64,000 nucleotides of DNA from Octopus sinensis. Lineage: Eukaryota. How positions within the stretch are numbered: the stretch's first letter is position 1; each line of letters starts with the position of its first letter. The notes under the pieces were generated by a model. The model was not told where the DNA came from, did no database searches, and worked only from the letters and a program-made list of their open reading frames with translations. Both the position numbers and the translations under genes were made by a program. The DNA is taken from NCBI RefSeq assembly GCF_006345805.1, contig NC_043003.1, positions 116,188,001 to 116,252,000 of the forward strand, read 5' to 3'. Of the stretch, positions 50,125-64,000 are shown piece after piece.

Positions 50125-50538
50125 CCTAATCCGACAGAAGGTAGCTGAGTCCTGAAAGTAAAAGACAATTTGGTAAGAAATATACAAAAATTTATTATAA
50201 CTGTCAATATCTGAAATGGTACTCTACCATTGCGTGGTTTTTCCAATCACATTTCAGGTGTGACAAGTATTGACAGAGATAATCATCATCCCAGACTTTG
50301 TAAATTAACTGTCTGACAAATATAGTGATTTTAATATAGTGGTCTTCATCAGTTCCTCTGAAATTTCGGTTGAAATTTCGGAATTATGAAGAGATTTCAT
50401 TCAACGGGTTTTTGCAAATCGAGACAGCGGCTGGGTTTCGCTTCCAGATAAACATAATTTTGGCCTCATGTAAGGCTAACATATTGCACGTCACTTTCCC
50501 AGTACTAAATTTATATAAACTGTATATATTAAGGGGGG

Positions 50539-50921
50539 AAGCACTCCGTCGGTTACGACGATGAGGGTTCCGGTTGATCCGAATCAACGGAACAGCCTGC
50601 TCGTGAAATTAACGTGTAAGTGGTTGAGCACTCCACAGACACGTGTACCCTTAACGTAGTTCTCGGGGATATTCAGCGTGACACAGAGAGTGACAAGGCC
50701 GGCCCTTTGAAATATAGGCACAACAGAAACAGGAAGTAAGAGTGAGAGAAAGTTGTGGTGAAAGAGTACAGCAGGGATCACCACCATCCCCTGCTGGAGC
50801 ATCGTGGAGCTTTTAGGTGTTTTCGCTCAATAAACACTGACAACGCCCGGTCTGGGAATCGAAACCGCGATTCTATGACCGCGAGGCCGCTGCCCTAACC
50901 ATTGGGCCATTGCGCCTCCAC
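50539..50921 (-). mobile_element. tRNA-derived SINE (head A, tail Y) with TSD AACTGTATATAT
   Basis: Near-identical to 59946-60326; 3' half shared with the 41786 family. Confidence 0.9.
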
Positions 50922-51147
50922 AACTGTATATATATATGTGTAACACTGAAACATGAGATTTATAATGCAGATAAAACTGTTCGGATTGCACCAAACGAGA
51001 AATTTTTCAATAGTTTTTCCACCTACATAAAATGCCCCACAATTTCACAGAAAAAACTCAGCTGTCTTCTAAGACAAGCTTTTTATTAGATACGAGCAGA
51101 GATACCCGGCCTTGCTCGGGATTAAAATGGCGTAGTTTTTTTTATTG

Positions 51148-51395
51148 TTTTACTTGTTTCAGTCATGTGACTACGGCCATGCTGGAAAAAAATCAACTAC
51201 AGGATTTATTCTTTGTAAGCCTAGTACTTATTCTAACAGTGTATTTTGCCGAACTGCAAATCTATGGGAATGTAAACACCGCAACATCAGTTGCCAATCA
51301 ATGGTGGGGGTATAAACACACAAACACATATATATATATATGACAGAATCCTTTCAGTTTCCGAGTACAAACCCACTCACAAAACTGAGGCTATA
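51148..51395 (-). mobile_element. Degenerate SINE S3
   Basis: TTTACTTGTTTCAGTCATGTGACTACGGCCATGCTGG tail and internal motifs. Confidence 0.7.
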
Positions 51396-52602
51396 ATATA
51401 TATATGTGCGTGTGTTTATAAATATATATAAAGAGTTATTTTGCTTGCAATGGTTTAATATCTTTAGATTAAACTGCTGGAGTGAGGCATGTCCCTTGTA
51501 TTAAAGACTTTTGTTACCTGAAACATAAGGGGTCGGTTTATCGATTTCTTTAATGGCTTTGCTGAGGTGACTGGGGAATGTAAATATATGCACGACCACC
51601 CTTGGACGGTTTTGAATGACCATAGAAAGTGCGAGCCCTCTAACTAAAAAATTGTGGATTTGTATAAAGGATACACACACACATTTTGCCGTTTATTTAT
51701 AGTGATACTATGACAGAAAATACGGTATTGATGCATCTGGAATATTTTAATTGCAATTTCATTCAGTGGAGCTATCATGGTGTTTAAAACAAATGACTTG
51801 GATGATTAAAAAGGGAATACATTCATTATAAACATAAGTAAATGTGTATTATATTCTTATGCTATGTATCTGCTACAGAGAGAGTGAACATTCAAAAGTT
51901 TGTGAATATTTCGCTCCTTCTATCATGTATCCTAACTCTGTTTAATTTAATTCTATGTATTTCATAAGAAAAAAGGGGCAAATTCCCCAACTTGAATCTG
52001 CTGTGCAGTGGGTTGAGAGACATTTTAGCGAAAACTCTCAAAGAAACATCATTATTTAACATTCGTCTTTCCAATTGCATATGTAGAGGAACTCTTCCAC
52101 TAGAGGAACATATCTTCCAATTCTTCTTCATTGCAAGCAAATGAGGGAATTTCAGCAGAAGCAATGAACCGTCACGAAGTTCTGAGGGAAGGAAGTGTGC
52201 AGGCTGTTCGAAATCTCAAGAAAGCGATAGATTTCTACAATGCTGACACTTTCACAAAATATTTAGAGATAAAAGTAGGCCTAAAATATGAAAAGCGGTA
52301 GTGAAAGACACCAAAAGCTGGGAAAGCAAATAATGCAAACAATGGCAGGAATCACTGGGATTTAAGGAATTATTTCAAGTGTCTAGCAGATACACAATTC
52401 CCAAGCTTATAGCTCTGTGACCAAAAGGTATTAGGGAATATGGTAGAATCTCTTGAACAACGCAAAGTGTGTCCTAAAGTAAAACCCCGGCAGTTAAGAA
52501 ATAAAGACAGAAAAGTTCTCTGAAGGCGTGTGTGTGTAGGTAGGTACGGAGGGATTTAGGTAGGTAGGTAGGTAGGTAGGTAAGTAGGTAGGTAAGTAAG
52601 TT

Positions 52603-53072
52603 AAGGTGGCGAGCTGGCAGAAACGTTAGCACGCCTGGCAAAATGCTTAGCGATATTTTGTCTGCCGTTACATTGTGAGTTCAAATTCCGCCGAGGTCGA
52701 CTTTGCCTTTCATCCTTTCGGGGTCGATATATTAAGTACCAGTTACGCACTGGGATCGATGTCATCGACTTAATAACTATGTCTGTCCTTGTTTGTCCTC
52801 TCTGTGTTTAGCCCCTTGTGGGTAATAAAGAAATAGTTAAGTAGGCGAACTGGCAGAAACGTTAGCACGCCGGGCGAAATGTTTAGCGGTATTTCGTCTG
52901 CCGCTACGTTCTGAGTTCATATTCCGCCGAGGTCGACTTTGCCTTTCATCCTTTCGGGGTCGATATATTAAGTACCAGTTACGCACTGGGGTCACATAAT
53001 CGACTCAATCTGTTTGTCTGTCCTTGTTTGTCCTCTCTGTGTTTAGCCCCTTGTAGGTAATAAAGAAACAGG
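52603..53072 (+). mobile_element. Two complete S1 SINEs in tandem inside (TAGG)n
   Basis: Units about 52603-52834 and 52841-53070; (TAGG)n on both sides. Confidence 0.9.
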
Positions 53073-54709
53073 TTGGTAGGTAGGTAGGTAGGTAGGTAGG
53101 TAGGTAGGTAGGTAGATAGGTAGGTAGGTAGGTAAGTAATTAGTTATCTCACGAGGTGCTTTATAAGCCAAACCCGGGGAAATTCAGGTAACAGTCAAAG
53201 TTTACTCACTGACATTATGCATAGCCATTCAGTAAATACAAGTGTACTCGTCTAATAATACTTACACACACACACATGAATATGTGTATATATTTATATG
53301 CATGTACGTATATACGAATTTACATATATATGCATGTATGCATGCATTGTGTATGTATGCAGGGGAAGTATTTATATATAATATACGAATGTGTGTATAT
53401 ACGTAGGTATATGTATGTTGCATCGTGTGATTAATAATTAATCTGCAAACACTTTTAATGAGTAATAATTGTCTTACGACTGATATCTTGAACACTCTAG
53501 AGTTCTATACATTTAGTATCATTTCATACAGTACACATCCTCATATAATCGTATATACAATGCCTCACATTACTAGTTTGGCCTGTAGTTCACGATCACA
53601 TTACTTGAATGACTTGAGAATTAAATGTTTGTTTCGTAAGACACAGGGTGAATGTTGTACAAATACGTTCTACACACATTATATCAGGCATCCGTTCTCC
53701 CTCTTGAATTTCTTCAATTTCAATTTCGTTTATTCGAGGAAAACTTCAAGGCCCACTTAGCCAGGAGAGTTCAGCCCGGCGTTACTACTAATTAATTCGT
53801 GATATATTATTTGAAGATAGCAGAGAAAATATCGTGTTCTTTTGGGATTTCGTGTTTCTGATATCGGTATATCGTTATGGTAATTGAAAAAGCAAATGCA
53901 CTGTGAGGATAGGTAGGAATTAATCATATCTGTTTATTCAATATTTCAGTTTCGTGTCACAGGATATCGGCATTTCTTAAATGTAAATACCACGTCAAAT
54001 ATATGGTATCACACGATAACATATATATGTTCCGCCATGTGATAATAGGGATTATATTTATTTTAGACCCTACAAAACAAAAAGCAATTCAGATATGCAT
54101 CGTTATTATCTCATCCAATCATATTTTTCTATAGTGTTTTGACTGTTGACAGAAGTTGTTCTGGAATTTATCAACAGCCATTCCAACGCTATCAATATCC
54201 CTGCAGTTCTTAACATATATGATACCGGTTGCATATATGACTGGCTTTCTCCAGGCTGTGAAACATGGTCTCTGAGAATATATTCTGGGTGAATATCATT
54301 TTCAGGGTTTTGAGTATTCAATTTGTTCACAGTTTTCAAGTTTTTATTGTAAGTTAGCCTCATTTACTTGAGTCGATCAAATTTTCAGTTGGTTTATTTT
54401 TTTAAAGATGTTAATGTTTTAAGAACTACAAGTATATACACACGGATATTTCACGATTTTCAAGCCGGACAAGAATACATTTATTTAAATATAGCCAGTA
54501 TCTTACGGTCGGAGATTATACTTTATCAACATTCTAAAGAATATTTTTATACATACATAGAGTCGTGTGTGAATATGTATATGTATGTTTGTGTATTACA
54601 TAAAGGTATTACTTGCCTGCGTATATACCGACATACTAACTTACACAAACACACACACGTGTATCTTTGTAGAAAGATAGAAAGAGAGAGGAAGATATAT
54701 ATATATATA

Positions 54710-54758
54710 TAAATAGATAGACAAATAGATAGATAAATGGATAGATAGATAAATAGAC

Positions 54759-54825
<67 letters not shown>

Positions 54826-54842
54826 CAGATAGATAGACAGAG

Positions 54843-54917
<75 letters not shown>

Positions 54918-54945
54918 CAGACAGATAGATAGTTAGATAGACAGA
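54710..54945. repeat. (TAGA)n microsatellite
   Basis: Direct reading. Confidence 0.95.
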
Positions 54946-55065
54946 CGTCATTATATATATACGTACATCCGCGACTTGTATAATCCTAACATACATATAA
55001 ATAAAAGTAAGTCGACGTACATATACACATACATATATATGTAGATATGTTTGTGTATATATATA

Positions 55066-55113
<48 letters not shown>

Positions 55114-56315
55114 ATGTATATGTATATGTATGTATATACATACATTCATACATATATAAAATATGTACAGAGAGAGACAGAAAACGATAATGATAAATAT
55201 ATGCATCGAGGTTCTTGTGAAAAGTTTTGGCACGAATACCAAGAAGATAGCCTTAAACTTTTGTGAATCATCTCAATGTCTTTATTGTAATGTTATTTGC
55301 TTCTCCATCTTATATCTGTGAATGACATTTCCAAATTATAGCCCTTATAATGTAAATAGCATTGAGTTTGCACATCTTTTCATTCTGATAATTAACTTGG
55401 CTACAGTTTGCTTCCTATTCTGCCTCGCACAGAAATCGAAAATATAAAACTATAAAATCTCTGTATTACTGCAGTAACTTCATGAATTTATATGACAAGC
55501 CAAAGTAGTGATTTGCTGGTATTAGAGACCATATTGCATACACGGTTGTTCTCGTTGCTGTTATTCGAACTGGCCTATGATCAAATATGGCGTTGTCGTG
55601 GCCAAGTTCTCTTTTTGGTTTATCCACTACTATATTGTCCAAAGAATCCAACTATTTTAAGACTAAGGTGCAATTTGACGGCGATTTGGATATGAGAATG
55701 CCATATTGGCTCGACTTCCATATTGGATCATTGCTGTTGTTTTTCTTGTTATTGTCATTGATAATGATATTATAGATAATATTATATTATCTATAATATC
55801 TTATAATTTGCAGATGTGTAGAAGTAGAAAGAGTTTACGTTTTATTTATGTTTTTTTTTTCTTTTTTTTTTTTTGCCCTATGCATTTCGTTCAACCATGA
55901 TGAGCGAAACGTATGTTCAAAGAAATGACAGATATGTTCGTGGCATATTTAACATCAGACATAGAGTCTCCAGGGAAACATTATACAGCAAATACATCCA
56001 GCTAAAATTAGTGGGCATTTTCAAAAAGATTAGTGAATATTTTGAGGAAGTCTTGAAAGTAATTTATACCAGGGTATAGATACTACTGGGCAGACCCACC
56101 TTGATTCACAGGTGGCTATAATTCATAGATAATATTATGATCGTTCACTTAGCTCGCAGTGAATACGATTGGGTCAAGATATGCAGATATATACGAGTAT
56201 ATTATTCATTGAATGTTATCCAGTATTCAGTATGCGGTGTGCGCACATAGACACCCCTTCACACACATGTATATGTATATGTATATGTATATATATGAAT
56301 ATATATATCTATCTA

Positions 56316-56354
<39 letters not shown>

Positions 56355-56416
56355 TATATATACCCACATACATACATATATAATTATGGGTATATATACA
56401 CAACACACACAAATAT

Positions 56417-56480
<64 letters not shown>

Positions 56481-56687
56481 CGAACCATTTGCCTCTCGAA
56501 TTGTGTTTCGACGAATATGGATGGGTGAAAAGTTTTCGATGGTGAGCTCATTTCTTTAATTGTTGATGCTGTTTGAACTCTGTGTCTGTAATTTAACATC
56601 TTCTTGGGTGTCGCGTGTTATTATTAACTCTTCAATTAAGCTCATGAGATTTGAAATTAGGTTAATTTATTTAGGTCCGTCATATTG

Positions 56688-57545
56688 ATAACTCCCGCCT
56701 TATGACGACGTATATCTTCGTACTGCATACCTCGCCAACTGACGATACTTCTCGTGTCTGTTCATTAACTATAAGTAGTGGAACAACCCACTTCTCACTT
56801 GAAGGTTCCCGCCACAATACCCCCCCCCCATTTGAGATTTCACACAACATTATTACTTTTTTCTTCAGAATGCGGCATGTACTACCACTCTACATTGTTT
56901 ACTGGTCGAGTTACTAACATATAGTGACCTGACTAAAATCTTTCACACGCACTTATTATTTTTTCTTCTTCCACAGGAAATTATTTTTTCTCTTCAGAAT
57001 GCCACAGGTAGTACTAGTCTACATTGTTTACCTGTAGCGCTACTAGCACATAGCAACCTGACAGAAATCTCACAAACCGATTTATATTATTTTACATTGT
57101 GTGTAGTTCAGTTCTGTGTTAGAGTTCCAGATTTATCACACACTCTTTTCTTCAGAATCTTTTTTCTGTAGAATTTATATATTTTTCCCCGTGTTTATAT
57201 TATTTTTCACTGTGTGTAGCTCAGTTCTATGTTAGTTCCAGTTTTCACTGTGTGTAGTTCAAATACTTCTTCAAATTTGTCCAATGCGTGTAGTTCTTCC
57301 ATTTCTACACTTCTGCGAGCGTTCGTAACCTCGTTACCACTGTTATAACGACACCGTTATGTAGTGGGACGTACCCTCGTCGCCACTAATATTTCCCGCA
57401 TAATGAGGACGCATTTCATCCTCTGTATGACTGGCCCGTGCGGATACCTCGCCGACTGACCCTCCTTGCTGTATCTGTCCACTATTTATCAGTAGTGGAA
57501 TAGCTCACTTCTCACTTGAGAGTGTCCTCCACCACACATACCGAA
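56688..57545. repeat. Composite repeat: about 140-bp degenerate terminal direct repeats enclosing internal tandem sub-repeats
   Basis: ATACCTCGCC(A/G)ACTGAC..AGTAGTGGAA..CACTTCTCACTTGA at 56729-56802 and about 57445-57520; internal duplicated TTCTTCAGAATGC..CTACATTGTTTAC and TGTGTGTAG(T/C)TCA units. Confidence 0.65.
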
Positions 57546-57941
57546 GCCGTAATGCTTTTAGTTTAGAAATTTATTTATCATGAATTTGAAGGTTCACAAA
57601 AGGATGTAACAAGGTGTTGACTGTTCTTGATCTTGATGCTGTTTGATTACAATCTAAACAGTTTGGGAAAGTAAAATTTTAAAACTATATCACTGTAAGT
57701 ATTACTCCTATCAATTTTAAGCGAGGGTATTAAAAGTGATATCTGTGATATATCATTTTGAATCTACGAATGTAAGTACAAGTGGTCTATTATAAACAGG
57801 TGTGCATACTCGTATGTACAAAACAAAAAAAGAAACACCCATAGATTACTAAGGCAAGCTAATCGTCCCTTTTTTGCATAAACATATATGTAATCATGTG
57901 TATATATACATACATACACATATATACATATATATATATGA

Positions 57942-57985
<44 letters not shown>

Positions 57986-58109
57986 AAATATGTATGCTTA
58001 TATGTATGTATATATGCATGTATATATGTATATATATATATAAATTATGCATATTTATATATATATCTTATGTATATATATATATATATATATTAATATA
58101 TATATATCT

Positions 58110-58152
<43 letters not shown>

Positions 58153-58809
58153 GTGTGTGTGTGTGTGTGTGTGTGCGGTGTGTGTGTGTGTGTGTACATG
58201 ACAGTAAATCGTAAAGTATACACCAGGTAGCTTACTCGTAGGATACGTTAATTTTCACAGTGTCCGTTGGGTATTTGACTAATAAGGGAGACGGAAGATG
58301 GAGGATGAGAATACCAGAACTTTCACCAATCTTTACAATCTTTCGACTCATCTAGAAAACAACAAATATAAGAATCATGATGTTCGCTGGTACAACCAAA
58401 TCCACGTTTTCCATACAAGGAAGATCGCTTGGGAATTGTTTTGCCGCTATCAGCGTTCACCGACCACACCACACACACACACACACACACACTAAAAATT
58501 ACCTCATCGACCAGTTTTTATATACTAAAATCACTTTCGTTTTAGATCCTTGCCATGAAGACTTATTTCTAAGATGAAAATTAATCGCACATTCAAAGCA
58601 AACTGTTTGAAAAAATTTGGTCTATATTCTCCTAATATGACGTTGCGTCCTACGATATGCCGCACCAATTCTGGCATTCATAAAGAAATTCAAGATACTA
58701 ATTACCGTATCTGTGTATTGAGTACGCATGTATCCATAGCAGATGTCAGTGACCCCGATTTCAGGCAGAACAAAATATTTATATTTATGCATATTTATAT
58801 CGCATATAC

Positions 58810-59830
58810 ATGCATTGTAAAAGTTTTCAGATATTTGCAGGTGGAACATTTATTAATTTCAAAGAAGTAAAAAGATCTACACCGAATTTAATATAGGAAC
58901 CTCTGGTTTCATTGCATTTGTTGTTGTAATCCAGCCATTTTGCAAAAGCACCATGGAAGTCCTTCAAAGGGAACGTATCCCGGACCATTTTCACGGCTTC
59001 TTTTATCATCTTTTCTGCTTAAGGAACAAGTGAAAGTTACGGGGAGCAGTGTCTGAACTGTAAAGAGGATGGGGAATACTTTTGATGTGAAACTCTATCA
59101 AGCTGGTGCCGCTGCTTTAGACTTTTGCGGCGAAATCTCTTCTTCCACACCTGCAAAATTTCCACAAAGTACTTTTTGTTGAGCGTTCGGACAAAGGAAC
59201 ACAGAGAGGATGTAGATAATGGCGCTACCGTCGAAAAAGGAGATCACCATGCGCATTCTTTTGCATTTGTGTTGCCTGGCCTTTTTTGCCAGTGAAAAAC
59301 AGACATTCATACAAACAAATCCCAAGACGTCTGTAGCATTTCATACGTTTTTGCCCAGTTTTCACACATTTCTAGCTTGTCTTCTGGAAACTAGTTCAGT
59401 TGTGGTGAGGGCGCGTGGCTTAGTGGTTAGGGCATTCGGCTCATGATCGTAAGGTTGTGAGTTCGATTCCCGGCGACGCGTTGTGTCCTTGAGCAAGACA
59501 CTTTATTTCACGTTGCTCCAGTCCACTCAGCTGGCAAAAATGAGTTGTACTTGTATTTCAAAGGGTCAGCCTTGTCACTCTCTGTGTCACGCTGAATATC
59601 CCCGAGAACTACGTTAAGGGTACACGTGTCTGTGGAGTGCTCAGCCATTTGCACGTTAATTTCACGAGCAAGCTGTTCCGTTGATCGTATCAGCTGGGAC
59701 CCTCGTCGTCGTAACCGACGGAGTCTTTAAAAGTTCAGTTGTGGCAAGCATTCTTTAGTAAGGTACACTCAGTGCAGTTATAGCTGTGTTCTTCAGTCAA
59801 GAATCTCAATTGTGGGAAGTCTGATTACTA
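58810..59830 (-). mobile_element. Decayed mariner transposase remnant interrupted by a SINE
   Basis: KARQHK..MVISFFD..LNKKYFVEIL, PHPLYSSDTAP.NFHLF, IKEAVKMVRDTFPLKDFHGAFAKWLDYNNKCNETRGSY. Confidence 0.75.
59407..59729 (+). mobile_element. Young SINE (head B, tail Y) with 13-bp TSD
   Basis: TSD AGTTCAGTTGTGG at 59393-59405 / 59732-59744. Confidence 0.95.
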
Positions 59831-59945
59831 GATGGATAGTAATGATATATTAATAATATATCAAATTTACAATAGTTTAGAAAGGTTATAAATTTAACTC
59901 GCAAATAAGACTTAAAACTTCTGGAATGCACCTTGCATGTTACGG

Positions 59946-60326
59946 AAGCACTCCGTCGGTTACGACGATGAGGGTTCCGGTTGATCCGATCAACGGAACA
60001 GCCTGCTCGTGAAATTAACGTGTAAGTGGCTGAGCACTCCACAGACACGTGTACCCTTAACGTAGTTCTCGGGGATATTCAGCGTGACACAGAGAGTGAC
60101 AAGGCCGGCCCTTTGAAATACAGGTACAACAGAAACAGGAAGTAAGAGTGAGAGAAAGTTGTGGTGAAAGAGTACAGCAGGGATCACCACCATCCCCTGC
60201 CGGAGCCTCGTGGAGTTTTAGGTGTTTTCGCTCAATAAACACTCACAACGCCCGGTCTGGGAATCGAAACCGCGATCCTACGACCGCGAGTCCGCTGCCC
60301 TAACAACTGGGCCATTGCGCCTCCAC
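59946..60326 (-). mobile_element. SINE (head A, tail Y)
   Basis: Near-identical to 50539-50921. Confidence 0.9.
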
Positions 60327-60462
60327 GCATCTTGCATATACATACAAATATACATAAATGCATACTTATATACATACATACTAACATACATGCATACAAA
60401 CATGCATACATATACGTATACGTATGTACGTACAGTAGGATGGGAGGCGGACTGACGGAGGT

Positions 60463-60861
60463 ATACTCTTTTACTCTTTTACTTGTTTCATTCATGTGAC
60501 TGTGGCCATGCTGGAGCACCGCCTTTAGTCGAGAAAATCGACCCCAGGACTTATTCTTTGTAAGCATAGTACTTATTCTATCGGTGTCTTTTACCGAACC
60601 GCTAAGTTACGGGGACGTAAACACACCAGCATCGGTTGTCAAGCGATGTTAGGGAGACAAACACAGACAGACAAACATATACATATATACATATATATGA
60701 CGGGCTTCTTTCGGTTTCCGTCTACCAAATCTACTCACAAAGCTTTGGTCGGCCCGAGGCTATAGTAGAAGACACTTGCCCAAGGTGCCACGCAGTGGGA
60801 GTGAACCCAGAACCAGTGGTTGGCAAGCAAGCTACTTACCACACAGCCACTCCTACGCCTA
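60463..60861 (-). mobile_element. SINE S3
   Basis: Reverse complement of the 28297-28715 consensus. Confidence 0.9.
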
Positions 60862-61711
60862 GGTATGTATATAAAATTTCTGTTTCATTTTATTACCTTT
60901 AAAATTTCCTGTTAAAGAAGATGAATATAACACACCATTAAACGACTTTTGTCTACAAATGTCAACTTGACAGTGATGACGTATCTTGTTGTTTTTAGAA
61001 TGTTTAAACAATTTAGAGGAAAAATGCCTACAGTTTTAATGTGCAAAGTGACAGATATTCCGGCTGCACTTTTCTAAGATGAATCGAGATTGGAGCCGTC
61101 TCAGTAAATATCTATATGAATACTTCTATATAATCACACAAACAAATTTATCCACATGTGTATGAAGAAATATATCTTTCCATTTGCGTATGAATGTACG
61201 TACATACACATATATATGTGTGTGCGTACGTGCGTGAGTAAATGCAAACATACATGCATATATATACATATATATATGCGTGTGTGTGTGAGTAAACACA
61301 CACACTCATATGCGTATAAATGACTCTAGTGTACGTGTATTTGTGCGTGTGTGAGAGACCGAAAGTAAAAGTGATTGTATGTGAGACGCATTCATTAAGT
61401 TATCGATTAGCCCTATTTATAGAACCGTCAACAACAAATCACAGACATTTTAATTAACGAAAATCTATGTTAGGGAAAACAAACTCTACTCAGATATATC
61501 TTTTATATATATAAACATATATGTATATATATTTCTACTGTTCTGCCACATATATATATATATCTATATAGATAGATAGATAGATATATATATATGTATA
61601 TATATGTATACATATATATATTTAAATGTATATATATATGTATATGTGTATATATACATATACACACACACATACACGTATAAATATAGATACATAAATA
61701 GATATACACTC

Positions 61712-61749
<38 letters not shown>

Positions 61750-62640
61750 ATGTGTGTGTATGTATATGCACGTATATATACCTGTATATTTACCTATATC
61801 TATACATACATCTATAATTTATTCTCAAATTATTCTTCTGCCACTTGTCTTTGCAATAATTCTCATGCCATCACTGGTTGAATAAGGTGCTTTGTCTTCG
61901 ATCATTCCCTCCACAAGTGTCTACCTGTCATTAGAGTAATAAATTTCTCGCTGCCTTTTCTTTCAATCTTATACGGTAATACCTTGGGCAGCTTCCAAGT
62001 GGATCCAAGCTCTCTTCACTTCGGCTATCCCAAACGTATTCATACGTTATCACACTGATCTATCCATCACCAGACCAGACCAGACTCCAGTCGCACACCC
62101 AAATCTCCAGACCAATGACACCTCTAGCCACTCTACTACGCCTCATGTCTTCCGCTATTGTTCATTTTGCTTCACTGCCATCTCCCCTAGTTGTTATTTA
62201 GTGGACAGGATGAAGTGCTTATCTCATGCCATTTGATGAAGCGTTGAATAAGAATTGCTGGAAGGCAATGAGAAAGTCGGATAATAAATAGATATAGATT
62301 GAGTGATTCTGTAAAGAAGAGGGAATAGGTGTTTATCAATAAATCTGGAGGAAGAGAGGAATGAATGTTGATTAGAGGTTAAGAAAGAGGCAGTTTGTGG
62401 TAAGACAGATTTAAAACCAGTTAATTAAATAATTGCCAAACAGAAAGACAAAGAATTTAAAGGAATTTTATGACACTTGTAGTGACAAGAAAAACTAAAA
62501 ATCATAATTATTAGTAGAGTGAATGAGAGAGCGAAAGTGGGGGTGCGTGTGCTTGTGTATGAGCGTCTATGTGTGTAAGTGTGCGCGCGTGTGTATGACA
62601 GTGTTGAGAATGTGTGTAGTATAAATATATATATGTGTGT

Positions 62641-62688
<48 letters not shown>

Positions 62689-63042
62689 GGAAGAGAGAGA
62701 GGAAGGGAGTGATCGATAACAAAGACGAAATACAAAGTGTACGCGATCGAAACAAGCAGAATATTTAATAAAATTCAGGAAGATGGTTTAGTGAGTCAAT
62801 TGAAGCAAAAGAAAAATATTTGCAGAAAATGGGGAGAAATCATTCGTTTATATTTAAACAACTAGAAAGCTATTTAATATGAGGGAGAGTTCCAGAAACA
62901 GACGACGAGGGGTTTATGACTCCCCCTTTCTCTCTCTCCACTCTCTCTCTCTCTTCATTATAATATATATATATACATGCATACTTATATATATATATAT
63001 ATATATATGTATATAATACTTATATATATATATATATATTAT

Positions 63043-63074
<32 letters not shown>

Positions 63075-63108
63075 ATACATACATATATATATATATATAG
63101 ATATATAC

Positions 63109-63155
<47 letters not shown>

Positions 63156-63689
63156 CATATATATAAAAACCCACTCTTGTGGGTTCGACTGCGCACCTTC
63201 AAGAGTAAACGAGTGAGACAGAAACAGGCAGAAACAAGGAAAATTCCCCTTTTGTTTGAACATTATGCAGATATTCTTTAAAAAAAACTTTTCTTTTAAT
63301 TTTTCCAAAATAAATTTTGAAATGAGACAGGCTACGCTGGGAATATACAGATATTTGTATTTCGCATTTTGCATCATGCAAGTGTTAATAACGAAATCAT
63401 GAGACCTATGTAATCGTTTTATTTTGTATATATTCATTTGTCTTGCTCATCTTTACAATCTGGCGTTTTTGCTGAGATTTTTCTTCAGAAAACACTCTTC
63501 GTGGTAAGACGATTTGACGTCTATCTTTAGCATATTAGAAAACCAATTTAGTGGTCATTCCTCTTATTAATTGTGATATAATTCTTAAATCTTCGGATTT
63601 TTAAAGATATGCTAGACCACAGGTTTAAACTGATGTTAATTGATTGATATCAATTTCTATTCTCATTATTTAATTTACACCACATACAC

Positions 63690-63705
63690 ACACACGTATA
63701 TATAC

Positions 63706-63797
<92 letters not shown>

Positions 63798-63846
63798 GTA
63801 TGTATCTCTCTCTCTCTAATATATATATATATATTTATATATATAT

Positions 63847-63897
<51 letters not shown>

Positions 63898-63927
63898 GTA
63901 TATCTAAATGTATACATATATATATAG
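63690..63927. repeat. (TA)n microsatellite tract
   Basis: Direct reading; one of dozens of TA/TG tracts not all listed. Confidence 0.95.
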
Positions 63928-64000
63928 AATGATAATTCTAGGATGGAATTTATGAATATTTACTACATCGCTACGCACGTTTCAGCAGGTCACTTGACCT

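Noticed and set aside
56500-56545. TCGACGA..GAAAAG hammerhead-like string
   Set aside because: Core mismatches are not compensatory and the stems do not form.
56738-56795. CTGACGA followed by a TACTT/AAGTA stem
   Set aside because: No GAAA after the stem, and the motif is not kept in the second repeat copy.

Overview
AT-rich eukaryotic genomic DNA, extremely rich in microsatellites. The SINE set and SSR density suggest an octopus or other coleoid cephalopod (inference, no search run). No host protein-coding gene could be identified with confidence, and most ORFs in the supplied track are translated microsatellites. The window is a stack of transposon remnants: a near full-length Tc1 with TIRs, mariner fragments, a CR1/L2-group LINE, a young 5'-truncated Tx1/L1-clade LINE inside (TAGA)n, several R4/Dong-type REL fragments inside (AAT)n, at least five tRNA-derived SINE types, and short elements embedded in (TA)n or (TAGA)n. 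Three signals stand out. (1) Four families of SSR-embedded mini-elements carry Penelope-type minimal hammerhead folds whose cores show three Watson-Crick versions of the 3:8 pair (C:G, U:A, G:C) plus an A6U variant. (2) The commonest SINE shares about 50 nt of 3' tail with the Tx1 LINE, inserts at GGT(A) sites and forms head-less 184-bp tandem arrays. (3) There are strand-polarised pile-ups of retroelements in (AAT)n. All alignments and folds were done by eye.
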